64,000 bases of DNA. Origin: a virus. Below, one piece after another: positions 1-8,678 of the stretch. The stretch spans positions 13,976 through 77,975 of IMG/VR virus record IMGVR_UViG_3300016466_000841; one strand, 5' to 3'. Within the stretch, counting starts at the first letter, position 1. Each line of letters starts with the position of its first letter. The notes beneath the pieces are model-generated. The model searched no databases. It had not been told where the DNA came from and worked only from the letters and a program-made list of their open reading frames with translations. The position numbers and the translations under genes were made by a program.

Positions 1-266
1 CCTACGTCCCATTTGGTTCCCCACTCATTGACACAGAAATCATACCAGTTACCGTAACCGTGTCGATCGAGATTTTCGGCTGTTTGCCGTTCTAGCTCTT
101 TTTGTTCTTCACCGTTGCCCAGCACCCCGGCTGTGATTTTGAGATCCTTGGGTATAGGAACAAACTCATTGAGAAGTTCGCCGCGGCGGAATGCTGATTC
201 GGCACGATCAATCATGGTAGGATCGGTGTGCCTTAGAGTCACGGTATTGTCGCACCAATTAGGCAT
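1..266 (-). CDS. DUF1281/Api92-like phage protein (partial, runs off window start)
   Basis: Manual translation MPNWCDNTVTL...NWYDFCVNEWGTKWDV; the MPNWC and WYDxxxxxWGTKW motifs typify this family; SD GGAG upstream. Confidence 0.75.
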   Translation of the reverse strand, partial: MPNWCDNTVTLRHTDPTMIDRAESAFRRGELLNEFVPIPKDLKITAGVLGNGEEQKELERQTAENLDRHGYGNWYDFCVNEWGTKWDV

Positions 267-292
267 GCTATCTCCAAATATCTAAAAATGTT

Positions 293-530
293 AAAAAAAC
301 TGCTCTGACGGCTTCCGGCTGATCCGCCCACTGCGTCCTGGTTATGAGATCCCGCACCCCATCAGGGCATCACCCACTCAGCAGGAACATCTAAGGCAGT
401 GAAGCGCACGCTCCTCGCAAGGCCCGTTGTCGCATTGCCAGCGCCAGTTTGGTTGGACTGGAACCACCCGTGGCTGTCACACCACTTCTCATCGTCTGGG
501 TCGGACTATCCGGTGACGCCGGAACGTTCT
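293..530 (-). ncRNA. Candidate structured non-coding RNA, family unknown
   Basis: GC-rich intergenic tract. Terminal pairing TTCCGGC/GCCGGAA, hairpins GTGG-TGTGACAG-CCAC, CCAGT-N8-ACTGG and CGC-TGGCAAT-GCG, ending in a T7 run. Confidence 0.5.
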
Positions 531-639
531 GCGGCAAGAGACAATGAAATTTACTGCAATCTCTCCCAAATAAAATTGGCCGTTCCTAAAACAAAACACA
601 TCAAGGCTATCCAAAACAACAGTTCTTCGACAAAGAGTC

Positions 640-792
640 TCATTGTGGAACCTCCTGTTCCTGAAGGCGCAGATACTCGGCGTTGAGTTCAGCGATGCGC
701 CGTTCGTTGCGGGCGTTAGTTTCGAGATCCAGTTCGCCGCGCACTTCCGACAGCAGGATCAGTTCTTCTATCACATCATTCATGGTTCTCAT
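640..792 (-). CDS. Hypothetical small early protein
   Basis: ORF track; start moved to the ATG preceded by SD AAGGA. Confidence 0.6.
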   Translation of the reverse strand: MRTMNDVIEELILLSEVRGELDLETNARNERRIAELNAEYLRLQEQEVPQ

Positions 793-809
793 TGCAGGTC
801 CTTTCAGGA

Positions 810-1022
810 TCAAGATTTGGTGATACGGACATTGGGCACCAGGAACACTAAGAGGATGGCCATGGCCAACCAGGTGTACCAATTCAACACTATGTCAAGC
901 ATCGGGAACAGGGTGTTCAGGCTCCAGATCACCAGCACTGGTGTTATGGCTATGGCAAATATGGCCAATGATACGATCAGCAACACTATCACCCACTCGT
1001 CGGATTTGCGTAGGAATTTCAT
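810..1022 (-). CDS. Hypothetical two-TM membrane protein
   Basis: Two hydrophobic stretches; SD GAGGAG. Confidence 0.7.
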   Translation of the reverse strand: MKFLRKSDEWVIVLLIVSLAIFAIAITPVLVIWSLNTLFPMLDIVLNWYTWLAMAILLVFLVPNVRITKS

Positions 1023-1180
1023 GCTGTCTCCTCTACATTCACTATGTCTTGCGTGACCTGTTCTTGTTGGAAGGCCGCTTCATTGAACAGGTTCGAAGTT
1101 TCGACCAAGGCCTCTTGTTCGCTTTCGGCTCGGACCTCGAAATAATACACAACAGTCCTGGCCACGGTGTAGATGCTCAT
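1019..1180 (-). CDS. Hypothetical 53-aa protein
   Basis: Manual translation MSIYTVARTVVYYFEVRAESEQEAL...; ATGA overlap with the next gene. Confidence 0.6.
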   Translation of the reverse strand: MSIYTVARTVVYYFEVRAESEQEALVETSNLFNEAAFQQEQVTQDIVNVEETA

Positions 1181-1246
1181 TGACGGCTCCAATCTGAGTG
1201 TGGTGGGAGATCGTACTCTTCGTCGGCCGGTGCCGGATTCTTGATG

Positions 1247-1648
1247 TTAGATTGATCCATGGATTTTCAGTCCTCTAAAAATCTTGTTCCAGGCTTCGTC
1301 CATGCACATCTTGGCTCGCACCAAGTCATCCTGGGCCAGCATCTCCTGTGCATCACTGAGATAGGAGTAGGCTTCGCCTTCGGGGTCACCAAAGAAGCCA
1401 CGCTCTTCGCCGGTGTAGAATCGCTGGATGGTGACTTTCACGCGATTCAGGGTCTGGCGGGCATCTTCTAGCTCGCCACGATTGGCTTCGCCCCAGGCCG
1501 ACATGATCATGTCTGTCACGATCCGCTTGGGGCTCTTGAATCGGAGATAACTGTCTACCGCCGCATCTACATCTTCGCGTAGAGCGCCAAACATGCGGAC
1601 CTGGGCTCGCTGGCGCGAATCCATCTCGTCATATGTCATTGTGGTCAT
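1247..1648 (-). CDS. Hypothetical early protein
   Basis: ORF track; start moved to MTTMTYD after SD AGGAG, downstream of promoter 1679-1708. Confidence 0.7.
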   Translation of the reverse strand: MTTMTYDEMDSRQRAQVRMFGALREDVDAAVDSYLRFKSPKRIVTDMIMSAWGEANRGELEDARQTLNRVKVTIQRFYTGEERGFFGDPEGEAYSYLSDAQEMLAQDDLVRAKMCMDEAWNKIFRGLKIHGSI

Positions 1649-1678
1649 TTCTGCTCCTAATTTCTTACTGTATGTGTT

Positions 1679-1708
1679 ATTATACTCGAAATTGGAATTT
1701 CTGGTCAA
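1679..1708 (-). promoter_or_regulatory. Sigma70-type early promoter
   Basis: TTGACC-N18-TATAAT. Confidence 0.75.
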
Positions 1709-1797
1709 CCGCGCACAATCGCTAGGTTAGCAAGCACTAACCTAGGTCCACCATTCTCACTTGGGCATCATATTTGTGACAAAACTCTTGTGTTTCT

Positions 1798-2100
1798 TTA
1801 TCCATTATCACACCCCGAATACTTCAACTCAAACAAGAGATATTTTTGTTCGTCTACTACGGTATAGTAGGGGCTGGGGCCATCCTGTCCCATGGACACA
1901 TCCAGGCCCCACTGTTCTCTCATCCACCGTTCGAACGCCCGCAGTTCATCACTGAAGTCCTTGATGCCGTTGACCCGACAAGGTGGGCGGCTGCTACGGA
2001 AGTCTGCGTTGGCCTGGGCCATCTGACGCCAGTATCGGTATTTTTTCTTTTTGAGTTCTGGGGGATACTGCTCCACCACATGTTCGAAAAAGGTGCTCAT
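1798..2100 (-). CDS. Small phage protein, C-terminal LFxL(K/R)(W/Y)S family
   Basis: Ends ...YLLFELKYS; coupled to the upstream gene by ATGA. Confidence 0.7.
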   Translation of the reverse strand: MSTFFEHVVEQYPPELKKKKYRYWRQMAQANADFRSSRPPCRVNGIKDFSDELRAFERWMREQWGLDVSMGQDGPSPYYTVVDEQKYLLFELKYSGCDNG

Positions 2101-2318
2101 GACCACCTCAGGGCGAACATCACGGCCGCGTACTCATCAGCGAAATGATATCGATAAGCACCAAATCGTTCACGGCCTGCCCAGAAGCAACACCATGTAC
2201 CATGCAGATTGTCCATGGCCGCCCACCTTGCACCAAAATGCTCACGGCACCAGGCTTCGGCATCATGATGCCGAGACTTGTGTATGATCACTTCATGGGG
2301 GAACCGATGGTGTCTCAT
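2097..2318 (-). CDS. Small phage protein, FxLRWS family
   Basis: Ends ...AVMFALRWS; ATGA overlaps. Confidence 0.7.
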   Translation of the reverse strand: MRHHRFPHEVIIHKSRHHDAEAWCREHFGARWAAMDNLHGTWCCFWAGRERFGAYRYHFADEYAAVMFALRWS

Positions 2319-2521
2319 GACCACCTCAGGGCGAATGACATAGCATCTCGTTCGCGGGCGAACCAGATCACTCGCCAGATGTGTCGATCAATGTCCACCC
2401 CGGCGGCATCATAGTCCATGTCGTGGACATGCTGTTGCAGCCACACACGCAGATCCTGCCATTGGCTCGATCCTTGCCATCGCACACGCACCGGGATGTT
2501 GCACCAATCTCGCTTGCTCAT
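2315..2521 (-). CDS. Small phage protein, FxLRWS family
   Basis: Ends ...AMSFALRWS; ATGA overlaps. Confidence 0.7.
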   Translation of the reverse strand: MSKRDWCNIPVRVRWQGSSQWQDLRVWLQQHVHDMDYDAAGVDIDRHIWRVIWFARERDAMSFALRWS

Positions 2522-2721
2522 GACCACCTCAACAAAAACAGACTCAATGTGACATCATCCATGTCCACGGTCATGCCTTGCCGCACAGCCGCATGCTCGC
2601 GGCACCACTGATCCAGGGCCTGTTCATGTTCGGCCCAAAATCCAATATCTCGCAGGATCAGGGTGCGACCATAGCCGCCACGGAAGTGGCCCACGATGAA
2701 TCTACCGGGTGCGTTGGTCAT
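2518..2721 (-). CDS. Small phage protein, FxLRWS family
   Basis: Ends ...SLFLLRWS. Confidence 0.7.
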   Translation of the reverse strand: MTNAPGRFIVGHFRGGYGRTLILRDIGFWAEHEQALDQWCREHAAVRQGMTVDMDDVTLSLFLLRWS

Positions 2722-2972
2722 CCACGCATCAAGGTCTGCACGATGCGCTGGGCCTCCATCTTTTTGATCTGATCTTCCAGATATCGTATCTCACGCTCGC
2801 GATGAGCACGCGGCACTTCCATGAGCAGGCGTTTGACCATGCTGGACCACCAGCCCGCTTCGTAGGCATAGTTGGTGTTGCCGTTGATCTGGCAGGCTCG
2901 GCTGAAGGCGTCCACGGTGTCTGATACGGTGTCTTTTTCCCGGTGCCAGCGATCCCAGTCGTGTACTTTCAT
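2718..2972 (-). CDS. Hypothetical protein
   Basis: ORF track; ATGA coupling. Confidence 0.65.
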   Translation of the reverse strand: MKVHDWDRWHREKDTVSDTVDAFSRACQINGNTNYAYEAGWWSSMVKRLLMEVPRAHREREIRYLEDQIKKMEAQRIVQTLMRG

Positions 2973-3166
2973 TCTGTGATCCTTACAGGTTTGCAGTCCA
3001 GTTTCACCAAGGATTGATTGGCTGTTTTAAGCAGGCGCAAGAGGTCAGTCTGGCACTCACCGGCGGTGGCATAATAGCCCACGGTTTGGGAACCAGCGGG
3101 TCCACCCACTTCTGGGGTGCTCACAGCAGTGGCCACCAGCGCAAATATCACAACAGGTCCTGTCAT
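2969..3166 (-). CDS. Hypothetical protein with N-terminal signal/TM segment
   Basis: Hydrophobic N-terminus, two Cys; ATGA coupling. Confidence 0.6.
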   Translation of the reverse strand: MTGPVVIFALVATAVSTPEVGGPAGSQTVGYYATAGECQTDLLRLLKTANQSLVKLDCKPVRITE

Positions 3167-3396
3167 TCTAGCAAGGTCCTTTCTTGTATGGCCCAGTAAT
3201 TCTCGACGGCCCGGCGTGCATGGTCGTGCCCGATGAACTGGCCCAGATAGTGCTCATCTGAATGACCTCGTATGATCTTAGCCAACCAGATCTTGGTGTG
3301 TGCCATCTTGTGTATCTGGGCCACGATGAGGCCATCTTCTTGATTGTAGAAATAATAGGTATCATGATCCGCATCCATCCACAGTCGTGGCGTCAT
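3163..3396 (-). CDS. Hypothetical protein
   Basis: ORF track; ATGA coupling. Confidence 0.65.
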   Translation of the reverse strand: MTPRLWMDADHDTYYFYNQEDGLIVAQIHKMAHTKIWLAKIIRGHSDEHYLGQFIGHDHARRAVENYWAIQERTLLE

Positions 3397-3569
3397 TCTA
3401 GAGTGTCCTCGACATAGCCGTTTACCCGGGCAAATTCAGACACTTCCTGTTCGCTCATCCATGTGAGAGCATCACGGGCTATGGTCTCCCAAGAGAGCAC
3501 CCCTTGTTCGGCCAGATCTAGCACTTCTGTGGTCACAGGGCGACTTTGTTTATGGCTGAAGGCTATCAT
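3393..3569 (-). CDS. Hypothetical 58-aa protein
   Basis: Manual translation MIAFSHKQSRPVTTEVLDLAEQGVLSWETIARDALTWMSE...; fills the gap with ATGA coupling. Confidence 0.65.
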   Translation of the reverse strand: MIAFSHKQSRPVTTEVLDLAEQGVLSWETIARDALTWMSEQEVSEFARVNGYVEDTLE

Positions 3570-3572
3570 GAT

Positions 3573-3797
3573 CTAGCCCCAGTCTTTCTTGTCACCAAAC
3601 CGCTCATTGTCTTCGTAGCCGGCCATGTAGGCTTCCCACTCTGGAGAGCCGGGTTGGACCTCGACTTCCTCGCTCTGGTAAGTGTCGCCGACGAAGTAGT
3701 GCGGGCGAGCGGCACGATGGTAGTAAGAATCGGCCGATCCACGGTCGTAGGCTCCACCATGCCGGGTGTCGTATTCAGTTTCCTGGGCTACAGTCAT
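3573..3797 (-). CDS. Hypothetical phage protein (HGGxYDRGSADSYY motif)
   Basis: ORF track; SD AAGGAG; directly after promoter 3826-3854. Confidence 0.75.
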   Translation of the reverse strand: MTVAQETEYDTRHGGAYDRGSADSYYHRAARPHYFVGDTYQSEEVEVQPGSPEWEAYMAGYEDNERFGDKKDWG

Positions 3798-3823
3798 TTT
3801 GGGCTCCTTGTATCATTGTTCCA

Positions 3824-4231
3824 CTATTGTAGCAGGTCGGGATTTTCTGGTCTATCAACTTCGAACAAAATCAGCTGATCCTTTTTAAATGGCGTGATCC
3901 ATTCCGTTATAACCGAGATCCGTCGTATCCGGTGCCCTTCTATGAGACCGCCCACGGCCAGGAACGGGCCGCCGCTGGGATCCACGAAACCCAGATCAGT
4001 CATGTCCACGTCCGACACACCTTCATGTCCACCGAACCGCCAATACCGGAGATCACCCCGGATGGTGTACACGCCGGCACTGATCTCTTCGAACCGATAT
4101 TCCACACCGTGGCGGTTTTTCATCGCTCGATCCACCACGATATGATCGTGGGACCAAAGATCGCTAGAACAGCACCGACATACATGATCAGTTCTTGTGA
4201 GATATACATCGTTCCACTCCAAAATGTTCAA
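3824..4231 (-). CDS. Hypothetical protein (start uncertain, possibly the internal MKNRHG)
   Basis: ORF track; FVDPSGGPF motif. Confidence 0.6.
   Translation of the reverse strand: MNILEWNDVYLTRTDHVCRCCSSDLWSHDHIVVDRAMKNRHGVEYRFEEISAGVYTIRGDLRYWRFGGHEGVSDVDMTDLGFVDPSGGPFLAVGGLIEGHRIRRISVITEWITPFKKDQLILFEVDRPENPDLLQ
3826..3854 (-). promoter_or_regulatory. Sigma70-type early promoter
   Basis: TAGACC-N17-TACAAT. Confidence 0.6.
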
Positions 4232-4400
4232 AGATATTTAATGCTTCGTTGAGGGCGACTTGACGAGCACACTCCTCAACGATCAACTCTGCAAATACTT
4301 CGAGTGATACATTTGGATCACCACACCATCCTTCTCCCCCTCCCCATCTAGTCTTTTTCCATCCGGCGGTTTCAGCGAGTTCTCGGATTCTCTCGTTCAT
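4188..4400 (-). CDS. Hypothetical phage protein (MNERIRELA...FAELIVEEC family)
   Basis: ORF track; motif common in phage early regions. Confidence 0.65.
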   Translation of the reverse strand: MNERIRELAETAGWKKTRWGGGEGWCGDPNVSLEVFAELIVEECARQVALNEALNIFEHFGVERCISHKN

Positions 4401-4405
4401 GCTGT

Positions 4406-4699
4406 CTACAATTCTATCACGTGAGTGGGATACCGGATCTCACCGTCGAACAGAAGTTGATCCCGCTCGAAATCGGTCTGAAAATCGTCCTCAACCAACT
4501 CCCAGTCCAGGATGTATTCTTCGTTCATAGGACCGGCATACTCGATCCGATCACGCACCTTTTCGACTAGAACACCGGGTGCGGTCTTGAGTGGGTCTAC
4601 GCCAAGGATGTAGTATTCGTCGCCGCCCTTGAACTTCCAGTAAGGATCGGACTCGGTGCCGTAGTTTTCGCGGTATTGTGTGGTGATCAAGATCTTCAT
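4406..4699 (-). CDS. Hypothetical phage protein (TQYRENYG...YWKFKGG motif)
   Basis: ORF track; SD AGGAG; after promoter 4729-4758. Confidence 0.75.
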   Translation of the reverse strand: MKILITTQYRENYGTESDPYWKFKGGDEYYILGVDPLKTAPGVLVEKVRDRIEYAGPMNEEYILDWELVEDDFQTDFERDQLLFDGEIRYPTHVIEL

Positions 4700-4728
4700 G
4701 TCTGCTCCTGTTCTTTCACTGTACCCTT

Positions 4729-4758
4729 ATTATAGCCGAAACGGGGTTTTTTGGTCAA
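4729..4758 (-). promoter_or_regulatory. Sigma70-type early promoter
   Basis: TTGACC-N18-TATAAT. Confidence 0.75.
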
Positions 4759-4779
4759 CCAGCCGAGTCCGTCACGATG

Positions 4780-4980
4780 TCATGCCCTCACGTCGATTCG
4801 TTGTCCGAGGTCTAGGTTCAGTTCACGGGCCCGTTGGATCCGATCTGCGTGTTCTGAAGCCAGGGCCTGCCTGGTCGCATCTAACCTCTGATCGCGATAT
4901 CGATCCTGCAAGAGATCCAGATGGGCTACATGGAGTTCTCGGTACCGTTGACTGTAATCTGAAGAAACTGGGTCCGTCAT
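4780..4980 (-). CDS. Hypothetical protein
   Basis: ORF track. Confidence 0.5.
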   Translation of the reverse strand: MTDPVSSDYSQRYRELHVAHLDLLQDRYRDQRLDATRQALASEHADRIQRARELNLDLGQRIDVRA

Positions 4981-4984
4981 GATA

Positions 4985-5185
4985 TCACGCTCTCAATCTG
5001 TCAAATATCTGTCGCTGGAGTCGATCCACTTCCTCGTTGTCTACATAGAAATCCGTGCGTGGATCCCAGTACCGACCCTCCCGGGCATCATAGTACAGCA
5101 CCGCGCCCGAGGGGTAGTGGAACGGTCCCTCCAGGCCCTCACGCGGACCGTATCGGGTGTCCCGCTGGAATACTGTATAGGCCAT
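4985..5185 (-). CDS. Hypothetical phage protein (GLEGPF...YYDxxEGxYWD motif)
   Basis: ORF track; start moved to MAYTVF. Confidence 0.7.
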   Translation of the reverse strand: MAYTVFQRDTRYGPREGLEGPFHYPSGAVLYYDAREGRYWDPRTDFYVDNEEVDRLQRQIFDRLRA

Positions 5186-5187
5186 GC

Positions 5188-5475
5188 TCAGGAACTCCAA
5201 AAAGTTTCGCTTCGGGGCGAGGCGTAGTAGGGTGTGTCGTAGCGTTCTTGAAACGCCTCACCAGTCAAGACATTGTGTCGGGTGACCCAGGTTTCAAAAA
5301 ACTCTAGGCGGAACTTGTCTTGGGGATACAGTCTGGATCGCAAATCCTTGATCTCATCCATCATCGCGTTACCTGAATAATTGGGGTAGTCATACTTGCC
5401 TACCAACTTCTCGCCGGATTTGGTACGAGCGTCTTTTTTGTAGACTTCCAGGGTGTAACCATATTTGGACATCAT
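5188..5475 (-). CDS. Hypothetical phage protein (TPYYASPRSETFWS motif)
   Basis: ORF track; after promoter 5505-5533. Confidence 0.75.
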   Translation of the reverse strand: MMSKYGYTLEVYKKDARTKSGEKLVGKYDYPNYSGNAMMDEIKDLRSRLYPQDKFRLEFFETWVTRHNVLTGEAFQERYDTPYYASPRSETFWSS

Positions 5476-5504
5476 CTCGCTCCACTTGTTTACTGTATGT
5501 CTAC

Positions 5505-5533
5505 ATTGTAGCGAAATGGGAATTTTAGGTCAA
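5505..5533 (-). promoter_or_regulatory. Sigma70-type early promoter
   Basis: TTGACC-N17-TACAAT. Confidence 0.75.
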
Positions 5534-5568
5534 CCGCTTAACAAACCGCCGAGTTAGCAAGCACTGAC

Positions 5569-5793
5569 TTATCTTTGGAACATCCATATAGATTTTTGTA
5601 TCTGTGCTTCTTTGTCTCGTCGCCGCTGTTCGACTTGTTGGCGATAGCGGAATTCCCTGCGCAGCCACCACCGGAATTTCCGAAAATATTCTCGTTCATT
5701 GAGACGCGGCTCGCCAGACCAATCCCGTTCGTCACAGTTGTCTAACCAAAGCTGATGCACCCAAGCACGGAATGGTAACCAGGGCTTGGGCAT
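5569..5793 (-). CDS. Hypothetical Trp/Arg-rich protein
   Basis: ORF track. Confidence 0.65.
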   Translation of the reverse strand: MPKPWLPFRAWVHQLWLDNCDERDWSGEPRLNEREYFRKFRWWLRREFRYRQQVEQRRRDKEAQIQKSIWMFQR

Positions 5794-5796
5794 GAT

Positions 5797-5946
5797 TTAC
5801 TCTTGACCTCTGGGATCTAGATACTGCTTGAGTGCTCGCATGGCTTTGCGAGCTGTGTCGAACACGAATTCCTGATCTTCGTCTTCGGTATGTATTACCA
5901 AGATGAAGCCATTGGCGGCTCGTCGGATTTCGATACTTTCAAACAT
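5797..5946 (-). CDS. Hypothetical 49-aa protein
   Basis: Manual translation MFESIEIRRAANGFILVIHTEDEDQEFVFD...; SD GAGG; promoter TTGACA-N17-TAATAT at 5981-6009. Confidence 0.65.
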   Translation of the reverse strand: MFESIEIRRAANGFILVIHTEDEDQEFVFDTARKAMRALKQYLDPRGQE

Positions 5947-6015
5947 CTTTGATTACCTCACATTGATTGAAGATACTCGTATATTAACAAATAAAAACTT
6001 TATTGTCAACCGCTG

Positions 6016-7197
6016 TTATTCTAAAAAATATGGGGGTGAGATCATGCCTTTGAGCCCTTCCTCGATGTTGCTGGTGTTGCGATGCCAGTAAGGATCAAGA
6101 CTGGCAAGATGCTGTGTGAGCCGCTGGAAAGGTTGATCAAAAATTATGTCCTTTCTCCAATATTCGTCTCGCAGGCTACGGAGCACGCTCATGGGCTTGC
6201 CTAGGCTGAAAGTATAGGGATTGAACCCAGGATAGATCAACCAGTTGAGTATTTCTCGATAGCTGAGTCCATCGGATGTGCCGGGACGAGTAAAGTCCTG
6301 CTCGATCATGGGAATACGTATTTTTTTTGAATCGTCCCGTATATCGCGATTTACGTCTATCAGCTCTTTGTTCTTTTTCAAAAATCGCATGAGCACATGT
6401 CCTTGCTTGCATATCATATCGCAGGCATCCGGACTCCAGTAAAACAGTTCGTCGTATTCCCAGGGTCGATCCATGATCTGTGTGCGTATACTAGGGCCAT
6501 TGTCGATCATGTCAATGAATCTCAGGCAATATCTTCCATCCTCGATGTACACTCTGGGCTTCTCGATACCGTAAACGAATGCATGTTTCAGTCCTTTGTT
6601 GATTAACTCAAGGTAGTCGGGATCTGTCTCCCGGATATATCCTACTGCCAAGTGAGTGATGCCATAGTTAGAATTGGTCCAATAGGCAAGGTTGTTTTCC
6701 AATTTCGGGTCTAATAGTATCTTATAAACGATTTCACTGAGATCTATTATTTTGTGTTTGAATTTTATTCCGCGGGCATGTAGTTCTTTGATCTTAGGGT
6801 AACTTACCTGATATTGCTCGGCATGAAAAAAATTATTTTTTCTAGGATCAATCGAATGGAAATTGTAGGTCACTATTTCGTCAATTGGTATCCCGTTGTT
6901 GACAAACGTATCAACTATGTTGCCCGAGTCCGCGCCACCACTATAAAAAATCGACACATAGTCGTATTTTTTTCTTATTTCTCGGGCACGATGGGCATAG
7001 AGCTCTTCCAAGGTCTCTATGGGTTCCACTCGCCAATCGTAGGACCCAAACACTGTGTCGTTGAAATTCCAGTGTGGATGTATACCTGTGCGGGCATGTG
7101 CTTCAATGGCTTCGACTTTGCTGTAGGTCTTGAAATCGCCCACAGTATAGTACCCAAGGTGGTCTCGCGAATTGTCCAAGATGTGATTCTCTAACAT
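6016..7197 (-). CDS. PP-loop (adenine nucleotide alpha-hydrolase-like) protein, paralogue 1
   Basis: YSGGADS PP-loop motif; homologous to 7191-8366 and 13127-14293. Confidence 0.7.
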   Translation of the reverse strand: MLENHILDNSRDHLGYYTVGDFKTYSKVEAIEAHARTGIHPHWNFNDTVFGSYDWRVEPIETLEELYAHRAREIRKKYDYVSIFYSGGADSGNIVDTFVNNGIPIDEIVTYNFHSIDPRKNNFFHAEQYQVSYPKIKELHARGIKFKHKIIDLSEIVYKILLDPKLENNLAYWTNSNYGITHLAVGYIRETDPDYLELINKGLKHAFVYGIEKPRVYIEDGRYCLRFIDMIDNGPSIRTQIMDRPWEYDELFYWSPDACDMICKQGHVLMRFLKKNKELIDVNRDIRDDSKKIRIPMIEQDFTRPGTSDGLSYREILNWLIYPGFNPYTFSLGKPMSVLRSLRDEYWRKDIIFDQPFQRLTQHLASLDPYWHRNTSNIEEGLKGMISPPYFLE

Positions 7198-8366
7198 TCA
7201 ATTCTATGGCTGGTGTAAAATGTTTTTAATCCGTCGCACGGCTGTTTGACATCTCTGAGCCAATGCAAAGGCACACCACGATAGTGTTGCGCTAAAAAAT
7301 CGTGTTGCACCCGAAATAAGTTATCTTTGGTCCAAGATTCATCACGCTGGCTGTATACTGTAAACAGACCGGGCTTGCCAACAGTGAACATATCAAATTG
7401 AAAATTTGGATATACCAACCAATTTACTATGTTTACATATTTGAGGCCGGTGGTAATTCCTTTGGACTTGAAAAAAGCCAACAGATCCGGTTCAACTACG
7501 GGATCATCCGATGTGATACGTTCTAGTTTCAAGGAAGGAAATTTTTCAACAAACTTACGCACTGTATGTATCTGCTTACAAATTAAATCACAACAGCTCG
7601 GATCCCAGTAAAATAATTCATCATGCTCCCAGGGCCTATTTTCAATCTGAGTTCGTGTTCCCATTGCCGCACTAATATAATCTGCGAATTGTACTACCAG
7701 TCGATTATAACGATCTCGTTTCAGTCGAGGCTTATCGGCTCCCCACACAAAAACTAATTTTTTTCCTTGTTCTATTAGATCCAAATAATCTCGTGTGCGT
7801 TCTCTGATGAATGTTTTAGCCAGATGCATCGTAGATGAATGACTGTTTCCATAGTAAGCTCTTTTAAGGTTCCATGAGGAATCAGTCAGGATATCGTGTG
7901 CGATCTCAGAGAGGTCAATGGCACGATGAAGAAAATCTATTCCTTTTTCCTTGAGTGATCGTATTTTAGGGAAACTTACCTTTGTTTGCTCGGCATGGAA
8001 ATAAGTGTCGGGCCTCGAGTCAAGCCCGAAATAGTTCATCGTGGCCAATTCGTCGAAAGGTATGTTGTTTTCTACAAAGGTATCAACGATATTTTCAGAA
8101 TCTATACCGCCACTGTAAAAAATAACCACATGATCGTATTTTTCACGTATTTCTCTGGCACGGCGAGCGTAGAGTTCTTTTAAAGTTTCAACAGGCTCAA
8201 CCGTCCAGTTGTAACTAGAATACTCCAGATCATTGAAGTGCCATCTTGGAAGTTTTTTTAGTTGATCAGCCAGCTCAATGGCTTCCATCTTGCTGTAGGT
8301 TTTGAAATCGCCCACAGTATAATATCCAAATTTGTCTTTGTTGTTATCTAAAAAAAAAGATGTCAT
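7191..8366 (-). CDS. PP-loop protein, paralogue 2
   Basis: YSGGIDS motif; shared GYYTVGDFKTYSK N-terminus. Confidence 0.7.
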   Translation of the reverse strand: MTSFFLDNNKDKFGYYTVGDFKTYSKMEAIELADQLKKLPRWHFNDLEYSSYNWTVEPVETLKELYARRAREIREKYDHVVIFYSGGIDSENIVDTFVENNIPFDELATMNYFGLDSRPDTYFHAEQTKVSFPKIRSLKEKGIDFLHRAIDLSEIAHDILTDSSWNLKRAYYGNSHSSTMHLAKTFIRERTRDYLDLIEQGKKLVFVWGADKPRLKRDRYNRLVVQFADYISAAMGTRTQIENRPWEHDELFYWDPSCCDLICKQIHTVRKFVEKFPSLKLERITSDDPVVEPDLLAFFKSKGITTGLKYVNIVNWLVYPNFQFDMFTVGKPGLFTVYSQRDESWTKDNLFRVQHDFLAQHYRGVPLHWLRDVKQPCDGLKTFYTSHRIEC

Positions 8367-8398
8367 TGGATTTGAAAAGTTTTGATTTAAAAAATGTT

Positions 8399-8474
8399 TG
8401 GTGCCCCCACCATGATTCGAACACGGGACCTACTGATTACAAATCAGTTGCTCTACCAGCTGAGCTATAAGGGC
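8399..8474 (-). tRNA. tRNA-Thr(UGU)
   Basis: Cloverleaf; loop TT-TGT-AA; TTCGAAT; CCA. Confidence 0.95.
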
Positions 8475-8486
8475 ATGTATTGATGC

Positions 8487-8663
8487 TTAACCTAAACCTG
8501 CGCCGTCACCGACATCACGGAGTTCGTTTTCGATATCAATATCATCGTCTTGAGATGTCGATGTATCTATAGACTTTTTTGGTCCAAAAATTCGATCAAA
8601 GTTTTCGGCGAACTCTTCTTGGCTAACGGAAAACGGTCTCGGGGTGGATCCTTTACCGGACAT
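8487..8663 (-). CDS. Small phage protein (GKGSxPRPFSV...FDRIF motif)
   Basis: Manual translation MSGKGSTPRPFSVSQEEFAENFDRIFG...; SD AAGGAG. Confidence 0.7.
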   Translation of the reverse strand: MSGKGSTPRPFSVSQEEFAENFDRIFGPKKSIDTSTSQDDDIDIENELRDVGDGAGLG

Positions 8664-8678
8664 AATTAATTTATCTCC

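Larger units (their letters stand above)
2096..2531 (-). repeat. Three exact 15-bp direct repeats (TGAGGTGGTCATGAG on minus) at gene junctions
   Basis: Plus-strand ctcatgaccacctca at 2096-2110, 2314-2328 and 2517-2531. Confidence 0.9.

Noticed and set aside
399-686. 95-aa plus-strand ORF
   Set aside because: It is antisense to the local gene direction, has no clear RBS and overlaps the candidate RNA
2096-2531. CRISPR array
   Set aside because: The repeats are 15 bp with ~200-bp coding intervals; no cas genes or regular spacers occur in the window
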